Below, piece after piece: positions 22,205-30,785 of a DNA stretch of 64,000 nt. The notes beneath the pieces are model-generated. The model was not told the origin of the DNA, ran no database searches, and saw only the letters and a program-made list of their open reading frames with translations. This DNA is from Planctomycetota bacterium (GTDB taxonomy: Bacteria > Planctomycetota > UBA1135 > UBA2386). Positions within the stretch are counted from its first letter, which is position 1. Every line of letters begins with the position of its first letter. The stretch lies in assembly GCA_947501605.1 (NCBI GenBank), contig CANMWZ010000017.1:27475-91474 (forward strand). Reading direction: 5' to 3'. Made by a program: the position numbers and the translations under genes.

Positions 22205-22812
22205 CGGTCTCCTCCGCGGGAAGGCGAGTGTTCTGGGTGCAAGCGGAGCAGCGCTTCTTTGAAACGCTGACGCGCGCGGAACAGGCGCGACTCGACGGTA
22301 CCCAGCTGGATGCCGAGCACGCGAGCGATGTCGGTATAGGACAGGTCCTCGTATTCGCGCAGGACGAGGATGGTGCGGTACTTCTCGGGCAGCTTGTCGA
22401 GGATCCTGCGAGTGACCTCAGCCAGCTCCCGCTGCATCAGGGGGGCGCTGACATCGACAGCCTCGGTGCGCGGCTTGCCGGTGTCGAGCACCGCATCGTC
22501 CTCGACCAGATGCAGGCGGCGCCGCGAGCGGCGCGCGAGGTGGTCGGTCGCGGTGTTGACGGCAATGCGATACAGCCAGGTGAAGAACTGCGAGTCGTGT
22601 TGGAACGTGTGCAGTTTGCGGAAGACCTTGAGAAACACTTCCTGCGCGAGGTCTTCGCACTCCATCGCATCGCGGGTGTAGCGCGACAGCAACCGGAAGA
22701 TCCGGTCCTGGTAGCGCTGCATCAACTCCTCGAAGGCCGCTTCGCTGCCGCCCAGGAAGGCCGAGATCAGTTCCGGGTCACTAGCTTGCACGGTTCTCGC
22801 GAGGGCTTGCAC
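22201..22812 (-). CDS. ECF RNA polymerase sigma factor (RpoE/SigW-like)
   Basis: AFEELMQRYQ, EDLAQEVFLKVF, FFTWLYRIAVN, LSYTDIARVLGIQLGTVESRLFRAR. Confidence 0.95.
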   Translation of the reverse strand: MQALARTVQASDPELISAFLGGSEAAFEELMQRYQDRIFRLLSRYTRDAMECEDLAQEVFLKVFRKLHTFQHDSQFFTWLYRIAVNTATDHLARRSRRRLHLVEDDAVLDTGKPRTEAVDVSAPLMQRELAEVTRRILDKLPEKYRTILVLREYEDLSYTDIARVLGIQLGTVESRLFRARQRFKEALLRLHPEHSPSRGGDR

Positions 22813-22897
22813 GGCGCCCTTGGAGGGCGAGCTCGGACGAAACTTCCCGGCGAGGCAAGGGAGTCTTGCAGCGGCAGCAAGTCACCTGCAGCACGGC

Positions 22898-24130
22898 CTA
22901 CTCGGGATTCCCGAGGCTGTGACCCATCTTGTCCCGCTTGGTATCCAAGTACTTCTGATTGTGTGGGTTAGGCTCGATTCGAAGCGACTCCTGACCATCG
23001 ATCTCGAGCCCATAGCCCTGCAGGCCCGCGAGCTTCTTGGGGTTGTTGGTCAGGACCCTGAGCCGGCGCAGGCCGAGATCATGCAGGATCTGCGCGCCAG
23101 TCCCGAACTCGCGTTCGTCCGGACGGAAACCAAGGTGGGCGTTGGCTTCGACCGTGTCCATCCCACCATCTTGGAGGGCATAGGCCTTCAGCTTGTTGGC
23201 GAGCCCGATGCCACGGCCCTCCTGGCTGATGTACAGCAGCACCCCTCGGCCCGCAGCCTGTACGCGCCGCATCGCTTCATGAAGTTGTGGCCCGCAATCG
23301 CAGCGCAGCGAACCAAACACGTCGCCGGTCAGACACTGGGAATGCACTCGGACGAGCACCGGCTCCTCGATCGGCGGGAAGCGACCGTGAGCGCTTGGCG
23401 CCTCGATGCCAACGGTCAGTGCGACGTGGACGCGGCCGTCCACCTTGCTCACGTAGGTGTGGCTGTCGAAGTAGCCGTAATCGGTGGGCATGCGTGCGGT
23501 CGCGACTCGCTCGATCAGGCGCTCGCGGCGGCGGCGATACTCGACGAGATCGGCGATACAGGCCATCTTGACGCCAAGGCGCTCGCAGAACTCGATGAGC
23601 TCGGGCACGCGCGCCATCTCACCGTCATCCTTGATGATCTCGCAGATCACCCCAGCAGGCCGGAGGCCCGCCAAGCGACAGAGATCGACGATTCCCTCCG
23701 TCTGACCCGCCCTCACCAGGACCCCACCGTCCCGCGCGCGCAGCGGCGCGATGTGGCCCGGGCGAACGAGGTCGTGCGCCGTCGCCTCCGGCTTGACCGC
23801 CGCAAGAATCGTCGTGGCGCGGTCCTTCGCAGAAATCCCGGTGGTGACGCCCTCGCGGGCCTCGATGGTGACCGTAAAGGCCGTGCCGAAACGCGATTGG
23901 TTCTCGGGCACCTGCATGTGCAAGCCGAGCGTGTCGCACAACTCCGCCGACATCGCCAAGCAGACCCAACCGCGACACTCCTTGATCATCAGGTTGACGA
24001 GTTCGGGGGTGGCGAACTCAGCGGCGAAGCAGAGGTCGCCCTCGTTCTCCCGGTCCGGATCGTCGACTAAGACGATCGGTCGCCCGGCTTTGAGGTCTTC
24101 GAGGACTTCGGCAATCGGTACAAAGGTCAT
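22898..24130 (-). CDS. ribBA: Bifunctional 3,4-dihydroxy-2-butanone-4-phosphate synthase/GTP cyclohydrolase II
   Basis: DDPDRENEGD, TAFTVTI, TTGISAKDR, RAGQTEG; VRVHSQCLTGDVFGSLRCDCG, QEGRGIGL, TNNPKK. Confidence 0.98.
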   Translation of the reverse strand: MTFVPIAEVLEDLKAGRPIVLVDDPDRENEGDLCFAAEFATPELVNLMIKECRGWVCLAMSAELCDTLGLHMQVPENQSRFGTAFTVTIEAREGVTTGISAKDRATTILAAVKPEATAHDLVRPGHIAPLRARDGGVLVRAGQTEGIVDLCRLAGLRPAGVICEIIKDDGEMARVPELIEFCERLGVKMACIADLVEYRRRRERLIERVATARMPTDYGYFDSHTYVSKVDGRVHVALTVGIEAPSAHGRFPPIEEPVLVRVHSQCLTGDVFGSLRCDCGPQLHEAMRRVQAAGRGVLLYISQEGRGIGLANKLKAYALQDGGMDTVEANAHLGFRPDEREFGTGAQILHDLGLRRLRVLTNNPKKLAGLQGYGLEIDGQESLRIEPNPHNQKYLDTKRDKMGHSLGNPE

Positions 24131-24442
24131 GGGAAGGGGCGGGGAGTCTACGCCGTGGCGACCGCGCGCGGACGCCGCAAGTCGTTGGCATCGGCGAGCC
24201 GATCCCACCAGAACCAGCGGCACCCCCACCCGGCGGGTGTGAACAGAAACCCCACAGTCGACGACCGAGTGGTGAATTCGTGGGCAGTGAGGCGGTTTTC
24301 GACGATGCGGATCCGTCGGTCGCATGGGAGCCATAAGTCGTTGTAGTTGCTTGCGTTGTTTTTGCTTCAGCGCGCGCGGGAGGGTCGCCGAACCAAGGCG
24401 AGCAACGGGGCGGAATACGACAGTGACGGAGATGCAACGCGG

Positions 24443-25615
24443 ATGAAGCGCACCTTGGTAGAGGTTTCCATCGGTCTGGCAGGACTGGTTGTCATGGTCT
24501 CCATGCACCAGCAGATCACTCGGATCGACGGCCGGACCCAGGAGGTCCTGGATCTGCGGGAGCAGGTCCAATCGGCAGTCGCCAAGGTGACTGACACGGC
24601 CGCCGACAGTCGGCGCAACGACGAACTCGGGGCGATGCACCAACGACTACAGAGCCTGCAGGAGCAACTGCTCAAGGCCGAGTCTGGCTCAGTGCTCGCC
24701 GTTCACCTCCAGGACGAGTTGCAGCGCGCCAAGAGTGACGCGTCGCTGCTCAAGAGCCAACTCTCCACCGATGTCGAGCGGACCAAGCAACTGGTCGATG
24801 CCTACATCAGCGAGTCGCGGGCCAAGGAGCGGGACGCCGCAGTGCAGATGTCCAACACACAGGGCGCCATCGCGGCGCTCGCCGGCCAACTCCATCGCGA
24901 TACCGGTGCACTGACCCGCAGCATGCTGCTGCCAACCGTGCAGCTGAATGGCGACGACACGGTCGGGTCGGGCACACTGGTTTGGTCGGGCACCAACCAG
25001 AAGAGCGGCGAAGTCGAGTCGTATGTCCTGACCTCCTATCACGTCGTGCGCAACATCCTCGCGGACACGCCGCGCGCCGCGAAGGAGGGGTTCCAGGTGA
25101 CGGTCTACCTCGACGGCGAAAAGGTCGATGTCAAGGGCAAGATGGTCTCGAGCCAGCCCAAGATCGACGCCGCGCTCGTGCAGTTGATGACCAGTCGCCA
25201 GTTTCCCAACGTCGCCAACGTGCTGCCGCGCATGCAGGCAGCGGAGGTGAGGGTCTGGGATCCGGTCTGCGCCGTCGGGTGCCCGCTCGGCAACGATCCC
25301 GTCCCGACCCAGGGCGAGGTCAGTTCACTGCACAACGATCTCAACGGCTCGAACTACTGGATGATCAACGCGCCGACCTACTTCGGCAACAGCGGCGGCG
25401 GGGTCTACCGCGCCGACACGCATCAGCTCATCGGGGTGTTCAGCAAGATCTACACGCACGGCAAGGGCAGCCCGGTCGTGATCCCGCACATGGGGCTCTG
25501 CACGCCGATCGATGAGATCTACACGTGGCTGCATGAGGCAAATCTCGAGCACCTGCTGCAATGCCAGCCAGTGGCGACCGTCGACTTCTCGCAACTCGCC
25601 GCGCCGGTCAAGTGA
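24443..25615 (+). CDS. Membrane-anchored trypsin-like serine protease with coiled-coil stalk
   Basis: N-terminal TM and coiled coil; catalytic triad motifs LTSYHV, DAALV, GNSGGG; no PDZ domain seen. Confidence 0.85.
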   Translation: MKRTLVEVSIGLAGLVVMVSMHQQITRIDGRTQEVLDLREQVQSAVAKVTDTAADSRRNDELGAMHQRLQSLQEQLLKAESGSVLAVHLQDELQRAKSDASLLKSQLSTDVERTKQLVDAYISESRAKERDAAVQMSNTQGAIAALAGQLHRDTGALTRSMLLPTVQLNGDDTVGSGTLVWSGTNQKSGEVESYVLTSYHVVRNILADTPRAAKEGFQVTVYLDGEKVDVKGKMVSSQPKIDAALVQLMTSRQFPNVANVLPRMQAAEVRVWDPVCAVGCPLGNDPVPTQGEVSSLHNDLNGSNYWMINAPTYFGNSGGGVYRADTHQLIGVFSKIYTHGKGSPVVIPHMGLCTPIDEIYTWLHEANLEHLLQCQPVATVDFSQLAAPVK

Positions 25616-27023
25616 CCGGCTCGCTCGGAGCGCGCGTGCGTCGTGCGCCCCGCTCGCGGCGCGCCAGGATGCGCTGCACTTGGCGCTGTTTGCCGTCGTC
25701 GAACCGATAGCGCACCAACACCACAGCGGCGGCGGCGAACCACACGCCTACGCCGGGTCCGAACAGCAACGCGAGAGCCGTGCGCGCTGTGTCCGTCTGC
25801 GGCTGGTTGGGCACGAAACCCACCGCGTCGAGGAGCCACCCAGTTCCACCGATCGCAACACCGCGAGCGATCTTTGCTGTGAACCGCCAGACGCCGAAGT
25901 AGACACCCGGCCGGCGCGCGCGCGACCTCACAGTGTCGAAGTCGATCACGTCGGTGACCAACGAGTCGATGAGCACGATGCAGCCGAGGAGCGACCCGAG
26001 GCCGATGGAGCTCAAGGTCATCGGCCAGAGCAGGTTGCCAGGCGGCAGCAGTGGATAGACGGCGCTGGTGCCAAGCCCCAGAAGCAACGAGCCCCACGCG
26101 ACCGGCTTCGACTTGCCAAAGCGCCGTCCGAGCCACACCCACAGCAGGATCGACAGCGTGAACACGAACAGCGCCACCGCGATCAGACCTTGCGCACTGC
26201 TGTCGTCGAGTTCGAGGCAATAGCGGTAGTAGAACAGCGCTGCCGCCGAGTTGGCGCCAATGCCGACGGTCGCTAACACGGACGCGATCAGCAGCGGGCG
26301 GAACGCAGGATTGGCGAAGGCCTCGCGAACCTGCTGGAAGAACGGATGGTCGCTCGGCGGCGCGAATCGGAACCTGACGTTGCGAGTCGCGAAGAACGTG
26401 ACCAGCGACGATGCCGCGACCACGCCGGCGATGACGACCGCGAACGGCCCCATTACTGCGACGACCCGATCGACTTCACCATCAAGGAACAGCTGCGGCA
26501 GGCCTGCAGCCAGGATCGCGCCGACGTTCATGCACACGAAGCGCCAGCCGAACAACACCGAGCGTTCGTGCGGTATCTCCGTCATCTCGGTCGCCATCGA
26601 GACGTGCGGGATGTTGATGATCGTGAGCCCGGTGTTGAGGAAGCAGAACGCAAACGTGAGCCAGGAGAAGGCCGCGAACTGAGTGTTGAGCTCTGGGGGC
26701 ACGAACAGGAGTACGACGCCGACCGCAGACAGCAGCCCACCGCTCCAGACGAACATCCGACGCCCGTGCGTCGGAGCAAGACGGTCCGAGATGGCACCCA
26801 TCACCGGGTCGGTGATTGCGTCCCAAACGAGGCCGACACCCAGAGCCAGACCTGCAAGCGATGGCGAGAGTCCAACGCGATCGGTGTAGAAGATCAGGAG
26901 ATACAGTCGGATCGCGAGTTCGATGCCGTTGACGCCGACGTCAGCCGCCGCATAGCCAATCTGAACCCGCCGCCGCAGCCGCGCCCTGGTCTCACCTGCT
27001 GCGTCCTCGTCGCGGAGATTCAC
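25608..27023 (-). CDS. MFS transporter, glycoside-pentoside-hexuronide (MelB-like) family
   Basis: FYTDRVGL, WDAITDPVMGAISDR, IPHVSMATEMT...ERS, DVIDFD...GVYFG; many TM helices. Confidence 0.9.
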   Translation of the reverse strand: MNLRDEDAAGETRARLRRRVQIGYAAADVGVNGIELAIRLYLLIFYTDRVGLSPSLAGLALGVGLVWDAITDPVMGAISDRLAPTHGRRMFVWSGGLLSAVGVVLLFVPPELNTQFAAFSWLTFAFCFLNTGLTIINIPHVSMATEMTEIPHERSVLFGWRFVCMNVGAILAAGLPQLFLDGEVDRVVAVMGPFAVVIAGVVAASSLVTFFATRNVRFRFAPPSDHPFFQQVREAFANPAFRPLLIASVLATVGIGANSAAALFYYRYCLELDDSSAQGLIAVALFVFTLSILLWVWLGRRFGKSKPVAWGSLLLGLGTSAVYPLLPPGNLLWPMTLSSIGLGSLLGCIVLIDSLVTDVIDFDTVRSRARRPGVYFGVWRFTAKIARGVAIGGTGWLLDAVGFVPNQPQTDTARTALALLFGPGVGVWFAAAAVVLVRYRFDDGKQRQVQRILARRERGARRTRAPSEPVT

Positions 27024-27619
27024 CGACGCTCCGGGGTCTGCCGTTCCGCTGGTCGACAGTTCATCGCGCCCTGCTCAGGCACGAACACGCCCGGCCGCCG
27101 TGCACAGATGCGCTGACGCATCGCGAGCGGGGGTTCGCCATCAGGCCCCTCCTCGAACGCCAGCACTTCGAGTTCGCCACGAACAACTTCGCGCAGCTCG
27201 CCTGGCAACAGCAGATACGCCGGATTGCTCGGCCGCCCGAACTGCTCCTGGCCGCGAAGGAACGTCTCGTAGACCAGCAGACCACCCACAGCAACGCTGC
27301 GGAGGATCGTCGGCAGTAGTGGCCGCCACAGGTAGTTGGTGGCGATCACACCGGCGAACGTGCGGCCCGCCCAAGGCCAAGGCGAGTTTTCGAGATCGGT
27401 CGTGACCACTTCGATGCCGCACTCTGCCTCTGCTGCCGCCAGCGCTGTGATGGCAGTGGTATCGCGATCGACTGCCACAACACGACGGCCGTTGGCGCGA
27501 AGAAGTGCGACGTGCCGCCCATTGCCGCAAGCGACATCCAGAACGGCTCCGCCGAACGGGATTGCCGACAGCCAGCGCACGACCCAGGGTGACGGCGAGT
27601 GGCCCCCCGGAACGATCAC
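27020..27619 (-). CDS. Class I SAM-dependent methyltransferase
   Basis: VLDVACGNGRH, VAVDRD, NYLWRP, GLLVYETF. Confidence 0.88.
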   Translation of the reverse strand: MIVPGGHSPSPWVVRWLSAIPFGGAVLDVACGNGRHVALLRANGRRVVAVDRDTTAITALAAAEAECGIEVVTTDLENSPWPWAGRTFAGVIATNYLWRPLLPTILRSVAVGGLLVYETFLRGQEQFGRPSNPAYLLLPGELREVVRGELEVLAFEEGPDGEPPLAMRQRICARRPGVFVPEQGAMNCRPAERQTPERR

Positions 27620-29436
27620 TCGCCAATCTGCTGGCGAAGGCGCAGCAGCTCGTGATCTGCGGCGTCGAGTCCAAGACCGCGATCGATGCTCTCACGTGCG
27701 TCCTTCGGACGTCCTAGGGCAATCAAGATCTGCGCCCGAGTGAGGTGCAACTGCACGCCGTCGTCGCGCGAGGCGAGCGCTTCATCGATCAGCTCGAGCG
27801 CGCGTTTCTGGTTGCCGCGCTCGGCGAACACCACGGCCATGTGATGCAAGACCTCTGGCTGATCTGGCGACAAGCGGCGAGCGGCGTCGAGCATGTCGAG
27901 CGAAGACCCGGTCTCGCCAAGGCGCTGATGGGCAATGCCAGCGTAGTAAAAGGCCGGCCAGAACGTCGGCTGCAGGTCGACGAACAGCGCGAACTCGACG
28001 AGGCACTCGCGCGGCTTCTTGTGGCGAAGCGCCTGCTCTGCGGCCTTCGCAAACCGCCGGTCGAAGTCCGGCAGCTCCATTCCGAGCAACGCACGGGCAA
28101 CGTGGTCGCGCGTGTCGCCAGTGAGCGTCCCGGTACCGATTGCCATCGCCAGTTCTTCCCGTGCCGCATCGCGCTCGTCGCACGCGAGCAGACACAGCCC
28201 GAGCGAGGCCTTGCTGTCACCATCGAGCATGAGCCGCAAGTCGAGCAGGCACTCGTGCACGTCGTCTGGCACCGCGCGTTGAGCCATGTGCTCGTGGACG
28301 TACATCAGCAGCACACCGGCGCCGCGATCCTCATCATCCCATTCGCTTGCCCGAGCGACGCGTTCGCGCAATCGCCGCAGCCCGCGCACGACGAGGTCCC
28401 AGGCGTCGAGCTCGCGCCCTTCGGCAAACGCAAGACGCGCGAGGTGCCCGAAGAAGTCCGGGTGCCCGTCGAGCTGGAGCCCGCGCATCCACAACTCGCG
28501 CGCCGCGACGGTTCTGCCACTGTGCGCAAAGAGAATGCCCAGATTCTCCAAGCCGCGCGACGGCGGCGGATCGAGGTGCGTCGCGTGCTCGAGCCAGGCC
28601 ATCGCGCGCGCATCATCGCCAAGTTCGCGAAGGTGGTCCGCCACCGCAACACATCCCTCACCATCGCCCGGCTGGATCGAGTAGCAGGTGTCGAGGAAGC
28701 GCCGCGCGGCCTCGGCGTCGATACAGCCCTCGTCGACCGCGAGCGCGACCGTCGTGTGCGCCACCCGCAATGCGAGCCCGAACTTAGGATCGAGAGTCAG
28801 TGCATCGGAGAACGGCTGCAGCAGCGCTTCGCGGTTCTCCGGCAAGTCGATCTGCAGATCGCCACTGAGCAGCATCGCGTTGTCCAACGCGCGCAAGAAC
28901 AGGAAGAATGCGTCGCCGTTCGCGGTCAGCGTGCCCTTGGGCGGCTCCTGGTACGGCAGCTCGAGGATGCGCGCGAGGCGACGGGTCAGCTGCAACAGAT
29001 CAACAACTGGGTAGTCGCGGCGCAGCACGCCGCCCACCTTGTTGACGAAACGCTCATCGCTGTCTTCTGCGAAGTAGACGTGGAACTCGACCCGGAACCC
29101 GTCCGGCACCGGAAGCACTTCCCCTGTGACGATCGCACGGACTTCGGCTTCGACTGGCAACAGCGAGAACGCTTCGTCCGGATCGGGAGGCATGTCCATC
29201 ACCACCCACAACACCGGCCCCTCCTCAGGCGGCGTCTGCACTTCGAGCATGCCGGTCGGGCCGATTTGCCCTCGGTTCAACACTCGATGCACGAAATCCG
29301 GGATGCGCCGGGCCAAGACGCCAGAGTCGAGGTCGCCGAATCCGAGCTCTTCGGGCACGGCAAGCGGCAGCATCATGACCTCGGGCATCATCTCTCCGTC
29401 CGGTTCGTCGCCCGGCTCGTGCTCATGATGCGTCAT
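27616..29436 (-). CDS. Tetratricopeptide repeat protein
   Basis: Multiple TPR-like helices (AFYYAGIAHQRLG, VLHHMAVVFAERG, LHLTRAQILIALG). Confidence 0.75.
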   Translation of the reverse strand: MTHHEHEPGDEPDGEMMPEVMMLPLAVPEELGFGDLDSGVLARRIPDFVHRVLNRGQIGPTGMLEVQTPPEEGPVLWVVMDMPPDPDEAFSLLPVEAEVRAIVTGEVLPVPDGFRVEFHVYFAEDSDERFVNKVGGVLRRDYPVVDLLQLTRRLARILELPYQEPPKGTLTANGDAFFLFLRALDNAMLLSGDLQIDLPENREALLQPFSDALTLDPKFGLALRVAHTTVALAVDEGCIDAEAARRFLDTCYSIQPGDGEGCVAVADHLRELGDDARAMAWLEHATHLDPPPSRGLENLGILFAHSGRTVAARELWMRGLQLDGHPDFFGHLARLAFAEGRELDAWDLVVRGLRRLRERVARASEWDDEDRGAGVLLMYVHEHMAQRAVPDDVHECLLDLRLMLDGDSKASLGLCLLACDERDAAREELAMAIGTGTLTGDTRDHVARALLGMELPDFDRRFAKAAEQALRHKKPRECLVEFALFVDLQPTFWPAFYYAGIAHQRLGETGSSLDMLDAARRLSPDQPEVLHHMAVVFAERGNQKRALELIDEALASRDDGVQLHLTRAQILIALGRPKDARESIDRGLGLDAADHELLRLRQQIGE

Positions 29437-29452
29437 GCTCGTTCGAGGCCTC

Positions 29453-29806
29453 TCATCCTGGCGGCCATCCGAGCGAGCGACCCGCCAAGACGTGCACGTG
29501 GAGGTGAAAAACCGACTGACCGGCCTCGCTGCCGTTGTTGATCACGACTCGGAAGCCGTCGTTGGCGATGCCCTGCTTCCGCGCGACTTCGGCGGCCGCC
29601 CACAGCAGGTGCCCGAGGACCGCCTTGTCGCTCTCGTCGGCATCGGCGAGGCACGCAATCTTGCGCTTGCAGATCACGAGGAAGTGAACAGGGGCCTTCG
29701 GCGCCGCATCGGCGAACGCCAGACAGAGATGATCCTCGTGCAGCAACAGCGCCGGGATCTCGCGTCGCAGGATGCGCGCGAAGACGTTGGAATCGTCGTA
29801 GTTCAC
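29453..29806 (-). CDS. Histidine triad (HIT) nucleotide-binding protein, HinT-like
   Basis: FARILRREIPA, PVHFLVI, GFRVVINNG, AGQSVFHLHVHVLAGR, WPPG. Confidence 0.93.
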   Translation of the reverse strand: MNYDDSNVFARILRREIPALLLHEDHLCLAFADAAPKAPVHFLVICKRKIACLADADESDKAVLGHLLWAAAEVARKQGIANDGFRVVINNGSEAGQSVFHLHVHVLAGRSLGWPPG

Positions 29807-30021
29807 CGGAGGTGGTAGGTCGCGCTGCCGGTCCGCCAACCGCACGAGGGGACGAACTCTAGAGCGACCTGCCGCTGCGGCTCAAGACTGAGTTCAAGGT
29901 TGCGGAACCCGCTCGACCGGAACCGGATCGACCTTGGAGTAGTCTCGGCGATCCACAACCGTCGCGGGCGCGCCCTGCGCTCTTTCGCAAGTTCGCGCTC
30001 TCTGGCTATGGTGCAACGCTC

Positions 30022-30702
30022 GTGAACCCGCCTAGCCATCCCCGCGCCCTCACCGTCGCCATCGTGGGCGGCACAGGTAGCGGAAAAACGACTCTGGCGC
30101 GGGCACTGGCCGGCGCACTGGGCGACCGCTGCGCAGTCCTCGACCACGACTCTTACTACCGCGATCTGTCGCACCTGCCTCCGGCCGAACGCGCGGCGGT
30201 CAATTTCGACCACCCGGACGCGCTGGAGAACGCACTGCTGATTCAGCACCTGCACCGCCTGCGGGCTGGGCGCACGATCGAGAAACCGCACTACTGCTTT
30301 TCAACGCACACGCGCCTACCAGAAGTCGAACGCGTCGCACCGCGGCCCGTCATGCTGGTCGAGGGCATCCTGCTGATGGCGCTACCTGAGTTGCGCTCCG
30401 CCTTCGACCTGCGCGTGTTCGTCGACGCCGACGACGACGTGCGCGCCCTGCGACGCCTCCGCCGCGACATCCGCGAGCGAGACCGGACGATCGAAAGCGT
30501 CTGCGCGCAATGGCTGGCTACGGTGCGTCCGATGCACAAGCGCTACGTCGCCCCGGCCCGCCATCTCGCGGATCTCGTGGTCTCGGGTGAAGACCCCATC
30601 GAGCGATCGATGCGGAGCGTGCTGGAGCAACTCAAGAAGGTGGAGGCCAGGCCAAGGCCCGATTCCGCAAGCTCGACGCTTCTGGGCGAATTCGGCGCCT
30701 GA
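30022..30702 (+). CDS. udk: Uridine kinase
   Basis: GGTGSGKTT, DSYYRD, NFDHPDA, VEGIL, RRLRRD, VRPMH. Confidence 0.93.
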   Translation: MNPPSHPRALTVAIVGGTGSGKTTLARALAGALGDRCAVLDHDSYYRDLSHLPPAERAAVNFDHPDALENALLIQHLHRLRAGRTIEKPHYCFSTHTRLPEVERVAPRPVMLVEGILLMALPELRSAFDLRVFVDADDDVRALRRLRRDIRERDRTIESVCAQWLATVRPMHKRYVAPARHLADLVVSGEDPIERSMRSVLEQLKKVEARPRPDSASSTLLGEFGA

Positions 30703-30785
30703 ACGGCGGGGCGTTGCCGCGGAGTCGCCCGGTGGGCGCTGCGGACCCGACACGCCCGAGCCACCAGAAGTGTCGGGGGACCCTT

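Noticed and set aside
24131..24442. FMN riboswitch upstream of ribBA
   Set aside because: I could not find the conserved RFN elements (GGGCAGGGTGAAATTCCCGACCGG, AGTCTGGATG) on the minus strand.
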